Assembly (NCBI GenBank): GCA_054600435.1
Contig: BAAIJX010000012.1
Span: 310,001-374,000, forward strand
DNA length: 64,000 bases
From: Neophaeotheca triangularis
Taxonomy: Eukaryota
Direction of reading: 5' to 3'
The notes below the pieces were generated by a model that searched no databases, was not told the origin of the DNA, and saw only the letters and a list, made by a program, of their open reading frames with translations. Positions 47,752-59,933 of the stretch are shown here, one piece after another. Numbering within the stretch: the stretch's first letter is position 1; each line of letters opens with the position of its first letter. Both the position numbers and the translations under genes were made by a program.

Positions 47752-49005
47752 GCGTCCCGGCCGTTGCCCTGACTGTCCAGAGCGGAGACCGTGCTCTTTA
47801 TTGTCTTTCAAGCCGTAATGACGTCCGGTCGTGCACTTTTCTTGTGAGGACAATGGGGACTTTGTAAAAATGAGCAGCGCAACTGTCTCGCACCATCACC
47901 ATCATCAACCACAAAAAGATATTTGGGGGAATCAGGCACATTCGCGTTCAATGGCGCTGGAGCTCATCGAGGACAACGGGCAGCATTGGATTCTGTTACA
48001 ATGGCGGGCAAACTGGGTTTACTTGCAAAGAGGAAGGAAGAGAGGGCGCTTTCTTTGTCATTGTATCCAGTAGTAGCATGTTACGGGAGGGGGTTCTGTG
48101 TCCTATGGGAAGATATAAGAAAGAAATCAAAGCCAGCCGTGTGTTCATGGCGTGCACGGGATTGTAGCTCGCTCGTTTCATCATGTCGTTGGCCATGTTT
48201 GGAGCAGTTACATGAAACTCGACGTGTCGTTATTGAGGTTCGTTGTTAAAAAGTCAATTGTCTACTTGTTTCGTCTTTGTCTCGTCACGTTCATCAGTAG
48301 GTAGCGTAGCACCTTGAGTTATCAAAGAAGAAGCCAGCTTTCAATCAAATGGCTGACGCTGAAGACGGCTCGTGAGCTCGTCACTGGCTCAGGGACTGCA
48401 GGAACCGAATGGCGAGCTTCCCCCACATGGGCCAGCGAACATGATCGCATCTCCTCGTACGTACAAGGTAATAAGCTTTACTTGAAGCCCGTTCGTACAA
48501 GTGTACTCTCCTGGCTTACTACTGTACTAGTATCCTTTACTGTTGACTACTCTTCTCTTTACCACCTTGCCCTTAACACACCCACCCACACCCACCCACC
48601 ACCACCGCCTCCATCACCTCAATCACCACCACCGCCAACCCACCCCCCCCCCCCGCCGGAGTGACAGCTGGCAACCGACAACTCCCTCTCCCCCAGATCC
48701 ATTCTCATCACTCGTTCTCTCCCTCGCAGCATTCAGCACCCATTGCCGAGGCCGCTGTTCCCACACCTCCTCCGACCTTGGATCGCATACTCCACTGTTA
48801 TTGATAATTTACGCCTCTAGCGCTGCAGTGCAGCAGCTTCGATCTCACGACCGCTAGCCATTAGCCGTATACAAAAGAGACACCAAAGACCTAGCAAGCG
48901 AGCTGAAGGCAGCACCACCTACGCCGAGCACCGCTTGTCCGCTCGAATCAATACCCTCAACCACACCTCCCACCACCCGCACCACCTCCAAATCCCTCAC
49001 CAACC

Positions 49006-50159
<1,154 letters not shown>

Positions 50160-50402
50160 AAACGGAGCGAAAGAGGGGCAAGGGAAAAAAGGCGGAGCCT
50201 TGTGACTTTGGTGTCTGGGAAGTTGTATCTGGCTTACACCGTTGCCATCGCACTGAAGCTTTTCCCTGAGTCGGATATGGATAGAAGGGGAAGGGATTGG
50301 GATGACTGGATGGATGCTCGATGGCTGGCTGGCTGCTATGCTATGCCTCTCACAGCTTAGCTAGCTGTCTAAGGGCAGTCTTATACAGGAGAAAAAAAAA
50401 TA

Positions 50403-50439
50403 GTTTCAGAGTTTCAGAGTTTCAGAGTTTCAGAGTTTC
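50403..50439. repeat. Octamer tandem repeat (GTTTCAGA) x ~4.6
   Basis: Read directly downstream of ERV29. Confidence 0.9.
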
Positions 50440-51094
50440 TTCTGCTTAACTGCTTCGGCTTGAAACTGGATCTTAGTCGTGTCATGATTCGCCTTCGTGC
50501 GCTTGCTCGGGCTCGCACTCGTGGGCCACGTCTATTGGAGACTGTTGGAGTTCAGCCTAGGCCTATTTCGCTGAATTGTGAACTCGCCATAAGACGGAGA
50601 AGGATAGCAAGATCTACGGCTGTCGAGTGCCGTTCGGTTCCTAACACTACTTAACGCCAGGCGCGACAGTGACTAAACCACATATACGGTATGAGATCAA
50701 GACGACTGGCTTAGGGTACGCTTCCCCGGCCGGGGAGGTAAGATTTCTGCGACTCATCCTTCTGCGAGCAAGACACTACCCACTCTTCCTGCATTTTTTT
50801 TTCCCTTTTTTCCTTTTTTTTTTCGCTGGCTACGTACTCTGGCCCTGGAAAGCTCTTAAGGCCTTGGGGGAAAACATCGCTGTAGGAGACTTGTAGCTTT
50901 TTCACTACGATGGGAGTTTTAGAGTATTGATGTTCCTTTTAGTCGTGAACTTGGAAGGAGGTTTGAGGCTTGGTCAATGTTAATAAGAGGGAGGACTCCC
51001 TTAGAGGTTCAAACGGATGAGAGCGCTCGAAGTGACGAAGCATGTTGCGAGTGCTTGGGCTTCTCTTGGATACTGGCCGAGGGTGCGATATTCC

Positions 51095-51670
51095 ACGCTC
51101 TTTCCACGGGAATGAGGTCTCCCGTCGTTTCGTGACAAGATGAGGGCAACGGCGATGCGGTGGAGAGCGCCCTAGTCTAGTAGAGGGCTCGCAACCCCGT
51201 ATCCATCCAATGAGGCAGACTGGTATTCGGCGGTAAAGGCGACGGGATTGATCTTGCCCGGGAGACGATGTCGCCAGCCTGACCAGCAGCAGAGGATTGT
51301 CTCGCGGCGGTTCTTACCCAATATTCAAGGTCTTCCACTGAGGTGTAGGGGGCGGTCTGGCAAATACTCTCCCCGAGGCCCAGCCTATTTCAATGCTTCT
51401 GCCTACATATAAAAGGCAAGAACAACGCTCTAACGGATTCCAGGTTGGTCAGGAGATACGGAGAGGGCGATGGCGACGGGGAACCCCATCCCCACGAAGA
51501 AACGCCAATCTCGCGGAAATCCCATCAGTGGAGAGTGTGCCATCTGGTAGCAAAGGCGACGAAATTATTGATGTTGCCGGGGACACGATAATGTCGACCT
51601 GAACAGCTGCCGAGGGCTGGCTCCAGGCGACTTTCGCTCAATGTTCAAGCTCTTCTACTAGAGTGTAGGA
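51095..51670 (-). pseudogene. Diverged ~320-bp tandem duplication, probably a decayed repeat-protein coding region
   Basis: 51235-51350 aligns with 51552-51670. Minus-strand translations align, with TGG in one copy and TGA in the other. Confidence 0.55.
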
Positions 51671-51970
51671 AGTACTCGTGGAGCAGCGATTGATACCCAC
51701 CTATGATGTTGACCGTGGCCATCTGGTCTTGCTTTGCCGTGGACGGTTATGTGATGAACCCGTCTTGCTCCGTGCACAGGATTCAGTGCTTAGGTGGTCT
51801 GCGCGATATAAGCGACATGGACACGATGGCAGACCAGGACGACTAGATCAATGTGAAGACATGAAGGAAATACGTCAAAGGTAATGCGTGTGCAATTATA
51901 TATTCCCCTAATGCCCATATCTATCGATTCAAGTCCAACTCGTCCCGGCGACACATACAGTCAACTTCTC

Positions 51971-53722
51971 CTAAGCCTTGACTTCCTGCACATGCTCCGC
52001 ACCCTCTCGCTTCTCCTGGAGAGTGACGCCGTCCTCGTTTTCGTAAGCGTGATGCGGATCCTGCTTATCCATCATAGCACCGCCCGAAGTAACGTGGTTG
52101 GAGCCACCAAACTTGGCGTCCATCTCCTCGAGCGAGACGTTCTTGGTCTCGGGGACGAAGAACCAGACGAAGGCTGCCAGACAAATATTGATTCCCATGA
52201 AGAGAATGAAGGAGTACCAGCCACAGTTCTCGAGGAATATAGGGAAGAATTGGTTGAAGATAGCGTTCGCCACGTTCTGAGTCTGCGAAGCCATTCCCAC
52301 GGCTTGCGCACGGACGTTCATCGAAAACATTTCCGCCGTGATGATCCAGACGGTTGCTCCCCAAGACGGCTTGTAGAAGAAGGCAAATAGGAAGAGACTG
52401 AATCTTTGGGATTGTTAGCTTAGGAGCCTGTGCAGAAGGATGGGGGTATACGAACACGATGGCGATCCCCACGGGCTTGGTCTTGTTTTGGTCCCCTGGA
52501 GTCTCTACTCCGATAATCGTCACCATCAGCATGCAACAGGCCATGCCAATGCCACCGACAACAAGCAGGAACTTGCGGCCAAAGCGGTCGACTGTCCAAG
52601 TAGCGTTGAGCGTGAAGAGAATACCAAAGGTCGCGTTGAGAGCGTTGATGAGTTGGATCGTCGACTCGTTGGGGAACACATTCTCGTAGATGATGGTGCT
52701 GTAGGAGTTGAGCGAGCCCTGTCCAGTGATCTGCTGGCCTGCGTTGATAATGAGGGCCAGGTACATGCGCTTGCGGAGAGACTTGTCCTTCCAGAGAGCA
52801 GTGTAGGTCGATGAAATGGCTTCCTTCTCGTACTCAAGGGCTTCGCGGATCTGGAGTACCTCGTCTTCCACCTCCTCGTCGGTCTTGCGAACCCGACGCA
52901 GGCCGCGGCGGGCTTTTTCGATGCCAGCCTCGCCCTTCTTGTGGATCAGGTAGCGTGGCGATTCGGGGCAGAAGAAGATTTGCGAGAGAATGACCGTTGG
53001 TGCCATGATTTGAAGTATGACGACGAGCTTCCAGTCCCCTGTTAAATATTAGTACAACTCTCAAGATTCGGAAGGTTGATATGAACTCACACTCGCCCAG
53101 CGTTTCAACATTTTGGACGGTTGCGTAGCGGATCTAGATGTCTGTTAGAGAGAAAAGACAATGGACAGTCCGTCGGTGACTTACCCAGAAGGCGATGAAA
53201 GATCCAACGCTGTAGAAAGCTTGCCAGATGGACATTATGGTGCCACGAAGGTCGGAGGGGGCAAGCTCGCCAATGTAAATGGAGCCTGAGGTCAGGGCAA
53301 TACCCTGCGCAATACCAATGATGACTCTGCCGCCGATGAAACAGCCAACGTTTCCCCTAGGAGAGAAAGTCTGGACGAAAGTCGCAATGATAACCAAGAT
53401 GCAGCCAATGGCCATTCCCCATCGTCGGCCTGTGATACAAGTCAGATCTAACAATCTTTGGTAGTACCTCGGCGACGAACTGTTACTTACCAAGGAAGTC
53501 GGCGATTGGGCCGCCAAAGAAGAAACCAGCAACAATTGCACCAACTGTATAAGCGGTGTTGATCGCCCCAATGATATGGGCATCAGGCTCGTTGAAGTAT
53601 GCCTTCCAATTTTCGGAGCCCTGGATGGCGTTGAAAACGGACGCATCGTAACCGTACAAGATCATGCAAGACGCCGCGACCAGCGAAATGTACCAGTTGT
53701 AAAGCCTTGTCTTGTCCACCAT
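51971..53722 (-). CDS. MFS sugar porter (hexose/oligosaccharide:H+ symporter), multi-exon
   Basis: LYGYD, D.LGRR, GRVIIG, YIGELAPSDLRG, PESPRYL, QQITGQ, VDRFGRK, and PETKNVSLEEMD across ORF pieces separated by canonical introns. Confidence 0.93.
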
Positions 53723-55252
53723 CTTGCCGGTTGGAGGCCGAGAGGCCTGTCTTGAGTGGGTATAGGAGTTGTGCTGGTACTACAAGACACAGCTCTGGTC
53801 GTGTGGGAGTGGCGGTAGCAAGTCGGTAGATGAACAAAGATACTTCCAAGAGAAAGGCGTCGATAAGAGACCCAAGCTTGAAAGACGAGAGGTTACAAGA
53901 CGCAAGGCTGAAGGTCAAGACTAAGTACTTGTACCACCACAGTGCCTCTTTGCTCTTCTACTCTTGGCCGTTCGAAGAGGTCTTTTAAATCTTCCGGGAC
54001 CGCCTCCCCCATCCATGCCCCGGCCCCCCCGCAAGGAGCACACATCTCGTCGAGCAGTCCATGGCCAGTCTTGACGCCCACGCGATAGAGGTCGAGTCAG
54101 TGGGTCCAAGACCCATCTTCTCCAATCCGGGGCTCCAGATCCCCTCAAGTGGTGAATTTGCCCTAGGACTAGCATTCTAAGGTTGCTCGTTTAAGCGACG
54201 CATATCAGAATCACGCTCCACATTCCAGAGTGAGGGTTCGTAGTGCGGCACCATTGTACGGAGTCGGTTGGTAGCGTGCGGAAGAATTGGTTTCCTCCAA
54301 TGACGGACCGGGAAGCGGAGGAAAAGTCCCAAGGCCAAGGGGAAGGCCAAGGGTCCCATTTGGAAGCTTCCCATTCATCTTGTGTCGCTAAGGGTCACGA
54401 CTCGCGGCTTTGCTATCAGTTGCTGCCTCCTATGCGACCTGAGCCTCAGCCCAACGCTGTATTTTCCAGCATGTTTTGAGGTCTGCATCAGAATTTACCA
54501 GGCGACAGTCCAGCAGCGGAAGGGAGCGCTCTCTCGCTGTAGCATCCCTACCTCCTATCTAGAAGACGAAAATCCTGGCCGTCTCGTCTTGTAATAGCGC
54601 AGATTCGTCCCCGGATGTTCTTTGCCGCGACCAAGAATCGCGGCGTCGCTTGAAGATGCTTCGAAAGACGCCACCACAATCCTTCGGCTGATCATCTCCA
54701 ACGACATCTAGACAATTCCATCCTCTAAACGATCAAAGCAACCAGAAGAGCGGGAAAATTCCAGCCGGCCTTGAAGAATTATTCACATGTTCGATATCCA
54801 AGCTTGCAGCTTACCAGAATAATAGATTAGCTCTCCGGGGTCTCCATATGGGATTATGGGTCTTTGAGCGTGATATCCACCCGCCCGTTGCACCCCACTG
54901 CCCGGCCGAGGGGATCAATGATATTCCAGTAGTTAGGTAGTGTCTTGTCACCCTTATCAACTAGCACTACGAGACCGAAGCGACAGAAAAACTAGGCAGT
55001 CGTTGATCGTTTCCGGCAGCTCTTTGTCTTTTCTGCTTAGGAACTCGCTCGCAAAACTTGGGGTACCTTTGCACTGGACCAGCTACTCGGAGTAATTGTT
55101 GGAGGAATTATAAGCCATTGTCATGACCAGGGGCTGGATTAAAACACCCGCAATGACAAAAGACCCAACCTTGTAGCGCCCTAAGCTGTAAACCTGAAGG
55201 ACTCCCAGCGCCAGCCACGAACGAAACCTTTCAAATACAACCCTCACCCCTA

Positions 55253-57091
55253 CTAAGCCGCCGCCCTCCCAGCCAACCTCAGACCAACATCCTTCACAGC
55301 ATTCCAACCCTCAAGCAACGCAGCAACACCCCCAACCCTCCTTGCCCTATAAGCCCAACCAAAGAAAACCACCAACTCCACCACTCTACGCAAAACCCTC
55401 AACCTCCCCATCCAAAGCCCCTTACGCGTGTACTCGAAATCCCAATCCTTCCAGCGAGGAAACAAGCACCTCCAGCCAAAATGATACTGGGTGTGAGGAT
55501 AAACAGTGCTGTTCCAGCCGTCTTTGGTGAAGTACCAGCTATTGCACCCACCGCTCATCCAAACAGTCTTACTCAGCGCCTCTTGCAAGTCGCGCGTGTA
55601 CTTGACTTCGGCTTCCTGCTTGACTTCGACGGTGCGCGCTTCGTCGGCGAGAACGTATCGGATGAAGCGCAGAGCGTAGTTGACCATGTTTTCCGTCGCG
55701 AGGATGACTGAGGAGTGGCCTGTGGCGGTGTTGGGGCCGAAGATGAGGAAGAAGTTGGGGAAGCCGTCCATGGCTGTGCCTTGGTAGGCTTGGGCGCCGC
55801 CGCGGCGGTCCATTTCTTCTACGAGGTCGACGTTGTCGCGGCCGAGGACAGTTATGGGATGCAGCCAGCGCGTCGTGTCGAAGCCGTTGGAGAGGACGAT
55901 GATGTCGGCTGGGACTTCTTCCTCGTCGGTGCCGACGGAGATGGCTGTGTTGGCTGGGTCCGGGTAGGTTCGACCGGGCCCGATCGTGACTGAGTTTTTG
56001 TTGATTTTTGTCAAGGGCTTGGTGGTGAGCTCGATCTTCTCGTTGTTCAAGCTAGGCAGCCATGCGGCGTCAAAGATGCGGCGTTTGCAACCCACACCGT
56101 AGTCGGGCGTGAGCATTTCCTGGTACTTCTCCGGAACCGTACGCTTGAGGTGTCTAATGAGCTTGGCCTCGTACTTTGCCCGGTATGCCTCCGCCGCCCC
56201 GCCGTCCCTGAACATCATAAACTGCTGTTCAGCCCCCATGAAGATCGCCTGCCGCATCAACCTGTTCAGGCCGGGCACCCAAGTCATCAATGTCGGCCCA
56301 TTCTTGCTCCACCACTCCTCTCCTCCAGGCGGCACTGGACGCTGCACCACCCAAGGTGGAGAACGCATGAGCTGTGTGACCTTCTTCGCATTGTACGGCT
56401 CTTTAACGATGTTCGGCACGATCTGAGCCGCGCTGCATCCGGTGCCCAAGACCACCACGTTTTTATCATTGAAGTCTACGTCGTGTTTCCAACGCGCGGA
56501 GTGAAAGACTTCACCCTCGAAACCTTCCCAACCCTGCACTTCCTCAGGTTTCGCCCTCGGCTCCACCAAGCCTCCCACACACGAGCACACAACTTTGGCG
56601 TGGATCGTCTCTCTCCGCAGAACAACAACATCTTCCCCCTTTTCCGCAGTAATCCTCCTCCTGTCCTTCTCAGAAAGATCCCCCATCCCCGTAGCAAAAT
56701 GCCTCAGCTCCAGCTCCCACAGCCCCACGTCCTCCTTCCACCTACAAACCGAGACATCCGTATTCAACTGTATCCTCTCCAGCATCCCATACTTCTCACA
56801 AACATCAGTCATGTACTTCTTGATCTCGGGTCCGGAGGGGTGGAGGGAGGTCCAATTCGGATTCATGGCGAAGCTGAAACTGTAGAAGACGGCGGGGACA
56901 TCGCACGCGACCCCTGGGTATTGGTTTATGTGCCAGGTTCCCCCAATGCCTGCCTGGCGGTCGAAGATGCGGAAGTCGGTGCAGCCGAGTTGTTGTTTGA
57001 GTTGCGCGCCCATGGCAATGCCCGATTCGCCTGCGCCGATGATGGCGACGGAGACGTAGGGTGGGCTCAGGGGTTTCCGTGCCTCTGCCAT
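55253..57091 (-). CDS. Baeyer-Villiger-type flavin monooxygenase; probable start MAEARKP at 57091
   Basis: FAD Rossmann motif GAGESG, GGTWHINQYPGVACD, BVMO fingerprint FEGEVFHSARW, NADPH motif GTGCSA, GCKRRI, and a hydrophobic C-terminal segment. Confidence 0.93.
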   Translation of the reverse strand: MAEARKPLSPPYVSVAIIGAGESGIAMGAQLKQQLGCTDFRIFDRQAGIGGTWHINQYPGVACDVPAVFYSFSFAMNPNWTSLHPSGPEIKKYMTDVCEKYGMLERIQLNTDVSVCRWKEDVGLWELELRHFATGMGDLSEKDRRRITAEKGEDVVVLRRETIHAKVVCSCVGGLVEPRAKPEEVQGWEGFEGEVFHSARWKHDVDFNDKNVVVLGTGCSAAQIVPNIVKEPYNAKKVTQLMRSPPWVVQRPVPPGGEEWWSKNGPTLMTWVPGLNRLMRQAIFMGAEQQFMMFRDGGAAEAYRAKYEAKLIRHLKRTVPEKYQEMLTPDYGVGCKRRIFDAAWLPSLNNEKIELTTKPLTKINKNSVTIGPGRTYPDPANTAISVGTDEEEVPADIIVLSNGFDTTRWLHPITVLGRDNVDLVEEMDRRGGAQAYQGTAMDGFPNFFLIFGPNTATGHSSVILATENMVNYALRFIRYVLADEARTVEVKQEAEVKYTRDLQEALSKTVWMSGGCNSWYFTKDGWNSTVYPHTQYHFGWRCLFPRWKDWDFEYTRKGLWMGRLRVLRRVVELVVFFGWAYRARRVGGVAALLEGWNAVKDVGLRLAGRAAA

Positions 57092-57393
57092 GATGGGTAG
57101 GTGTTGCGTAGATGGAGAGAAGGGGGTAGGGTAAGGGATAGAAGGGTATGGAGTTGGGCAACGATCGTGTGGGGGGAAAGGGGGTTTTGAGATAGGGAAT
57201 AATGAATGTTTGAGACTTCGCCGTACAACAAGTGGATGTGTATGTACTTGTTGGAACTTACCAGACGGGGGAATATGAGTGTTCTTCGAGGTGGTCGAAC
57301 GGTCGCGCCATGTTCGGCCACAAGTCATGCCACTTCACCCGGCACCGGTACGGCCGTATCTCCTCACTTGCACAAGTCGGGTTGCTTAAAATG

Positions 57394-57421
57394 CTCAGGA
57401 CTCAGGACTCAGGACTCAGGA
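57394..57421. repeat. Heptamer tandem repeat (CTCAGGA) x4
   Basis: Four perfect copies about 300 bp upstream of the BVMO start. Confidence 0.92.
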
Positions 57422-57994
57422 GGAAGACGTTCCATGTCAAAACAGTGGAACTTGTGTAACCGAGGTGTGGATATCATGCGGGGGGCGGAAACACCATCCA
57501 TTAGATTATGAATTTGCCTCGCTCGCAAGCACAATGTTGCATTGTTGCATTATTGCTTCGTCCCGAGGATCTATTCATTTTATGAAGACTGGAGGTTCTC
57601 AAACCGGAGAGCTCTGTAGCAATGAATTTGACCGAAGTAATTCTAAGGAATGGCTCGGCAGTAATAGAGCGGCGAAGCGTTGAGCGGGACAATAGAGGAT
57701 GGATTCATCAGTTCAGAGCCGATATCTTTCCTCAGAAACGGTTGATGGCTATCCTAAGGTTACCTAATCGGGGATTCCAGCGATTCGTTCCATCCCGGGG
57801 TAATAGTCGAAGAAGAACACTCGAATTCCTACGAATTCAAAAGTCCGTTCGTTCGTTAGCAATAAGCGAATCCTTACGCCTGCGCGATGTCTCATGGTCC
57901 TCCCAAAAAATCCCACAATTCAGTCTCGCCTTTTATACACCAAATCGTTGTCGCATCGCAGAACGCTTCACCAAGATAGAAACCCGCACGCTAG

Positions 57995-58718
57995 TTATAA
58001 AGGAATATACTCCAGAGCCTTGATAATAGCTCGGGCAATGAGCGGCTATAATTCATGTCAGCGTCGATGTCTCTCCATCCCTCACTAACTCTTATAAACT
58101 TACCGGCTCAAAACTCCTCATGCCAGCCGCAGGCGTAGCAACCACCTGCGAGCCATCCATGACAAAACTGTCCCCGTCGCCATCATCGTCGCTATCGTCC
58201 CCATTGTTGCCATTCGGCGAAGTCGCCAACACCAAGCCATCACTCGTCTGCGCGCTCCCGAAAGGCGCCGTTGTTGTCGCTTCCACATCCGCCGGTCCAT
58301 CATTGCCATTGCCGCTACCATCACCCGTCGGTGCCGCTCCGCCACCCACTAGTTGCCCATCACTGTACATGGTTCCCTCTGTGATGATACCGCCAATGGT
58401 GCCGCTGCATGCCGCACCCCTTGGGCAGCAGGCGACGTGGCCGGCGAAGTCGGCGCTGCAGACGGCGTTAGGAGCGCAGCAATATTGCGGTGCCCCGAGA
58501 TTGGCACAGTCGTTGAAATCTTCCGGGCAAGTATTGCTGTATTGGCGTTTCAGAAGGTCGTTGGAGGCATCGTCGTTGGCGGAAGTTTCGTTGGACAGCG
58601 AGGCGGGTATGTGGTTGAGGAGGGCTTGTGGGAGGGCGGAGAAGAAGGGTTGGAAGTCAAGGGTCAGCGCCGTTGTGGTAGTCGTGAGAGCGAGGAGGTG
58701 GACGATCGAAGGGCGCAT
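57995..58718 (-). CDS. Secreted Cys-rich protein, possibly GPI-anchored or cell-wall; intron 58046-58103
   Basis: Signal peptide MRPSIVHLLAL, Kex2-like KR site, 8-Cys module (CP..C..CC..C..CCP..C), G/D/T-rich stalk, and terminal exon PLIARAIIKALEYIPL*. Confidence 0.8.
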
Positions 58719-59152
58719 GGTTTCTGCTGGTGCGGTCGAATCTCTGCTGCAAGACGATGTCGAGGACCTCTTCAATGCGGTGTAGAAGTTCCAAGAAAAT
58801 CGCTGCGCCGAGCTCAGTCGGTTGTGGTGTTGGAGGTAATGATTGGAGCTGTTGATCTAGCCAGTGCAGTGCTCAAGAATAAGCTATCTTCAGCGACGCC
58901 AGCGTATGTACAGATAGCGTTGGAGATGATGATGTGGTGGTAGGTGGTATGCAATCGTCCGTATATAGAGTTCAAGATGTATGCAAGGCCAGCTCATGTG
59001 AAGACGAGCCTGTCCCGATCGGGCAGCATGATGGTATAGGCTTGGCGGGCGGGTAGCCACGGCAACGAAACCAGGTAACTTAGACGGCTATCATCCCAGA
59101 CACAAACACCGCCTTGCAATTCCATCGCAAAGATTCAATCGCACAACACAGC

Positions 59153-59933
59153 TCACACAGCCGTACCATTCGCCATGCTCGTCCCATTCCTGGCCATGGC
59201 GCGCTCGTGGACCTCCGGTGCCGTATTCGCACCTACAAACGTCACCAAAACCGCCGTATAAGCAGCAACAATGCTGACAGTATCCCTGGGCTCAAAGTGG
59301 CGGAAACACACCATCGCGACCGTGAAAGCGATGATGAAAGCCGCTGCCGTGTAAAGCGTGGCTTCCTTCCCGGGCACTTCTACCATGACGAACATAGGCG
59401 CCAGTACCATCGTGACTCCAGCGAGGCTATAGGAGGCCGCGTTGAGGGAGAGTGAGTAGCGGTGGTATTGACGGTTTGGGGTAAGGCCGCAGAAGGTAGG
59501 TTTAGGGGCTTCGTCGTTGTAGTCGGTGGGTAGGGCGAGGGTGAGGAGGTGCTGGGAGTCGATGGTTGTGTTGCTATCTAGCTCCTGCAGGAATTGGAGG
59601 TCGCGGACCGCTTGGACTGCCTGTGCGGTTAGCTCTCTTCATCATGATCTGGGTTGCTGACATAGGCATACCGTAACGCCTGACCAGCTCGTGGACGGGC
59701 TTCCCAGAGAGATTCTCCTCCTTGGTCGCATTGCAAAGTGCTTCGACGAGGTTTTGCTTGATTCGGTTCAGCAGCAGGGATTGCAAGGCTATAAGGTTGA
59801 TCGCGTTGATGCCACTGTTCGCTGATGAATTGACACTGGCAGGCCGTTTCTTCGCCGGTGAGCTGCTGGCAGATCTGAGCTCCGGGCCCGGGTTGTTTTG
59901 ACTATGGGTTGGTGTTGCCGCACAAATATCCAT
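59153..59933 (-). CDS. DUF6594-like membrane protein (three C-terminal TM helices); intron 59617-59671
   Basis: Splicing gives LVRRYVQAVRDL and an open frame through VLAPMFVM...TAAAFIIAF...VAAYTAVLVTFVG, which is the AY.AVLV.FV ending I associate with this family. The true start is uncertain. Confidence 0.68.

Noticed and set aside
57092..57328. 79-aa N-terminal extension of the BVMO ORF shown in the ORF track
   Set aside because: It begins at a non-ATG codon and is low-complexity, C-rich leader-like sequence. The ATG at 57091 sits just before the FAD motif.
50403..57421. Short tandem repeats considered as CRISPR-like arrays
   Set aside because: They are spacer-less 7-8-bp microsatellites in a eukaryotic genome, with no cas genes.
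58120..58785. Long antisense or alternative-frame ORFs (also 9836-10768, 19321-19977, 30430-31266, 42914-43684, 56150-57100)
   Set aside because: They are shadows of real GC-rich, codon-biased genes and carry no independent motifs.
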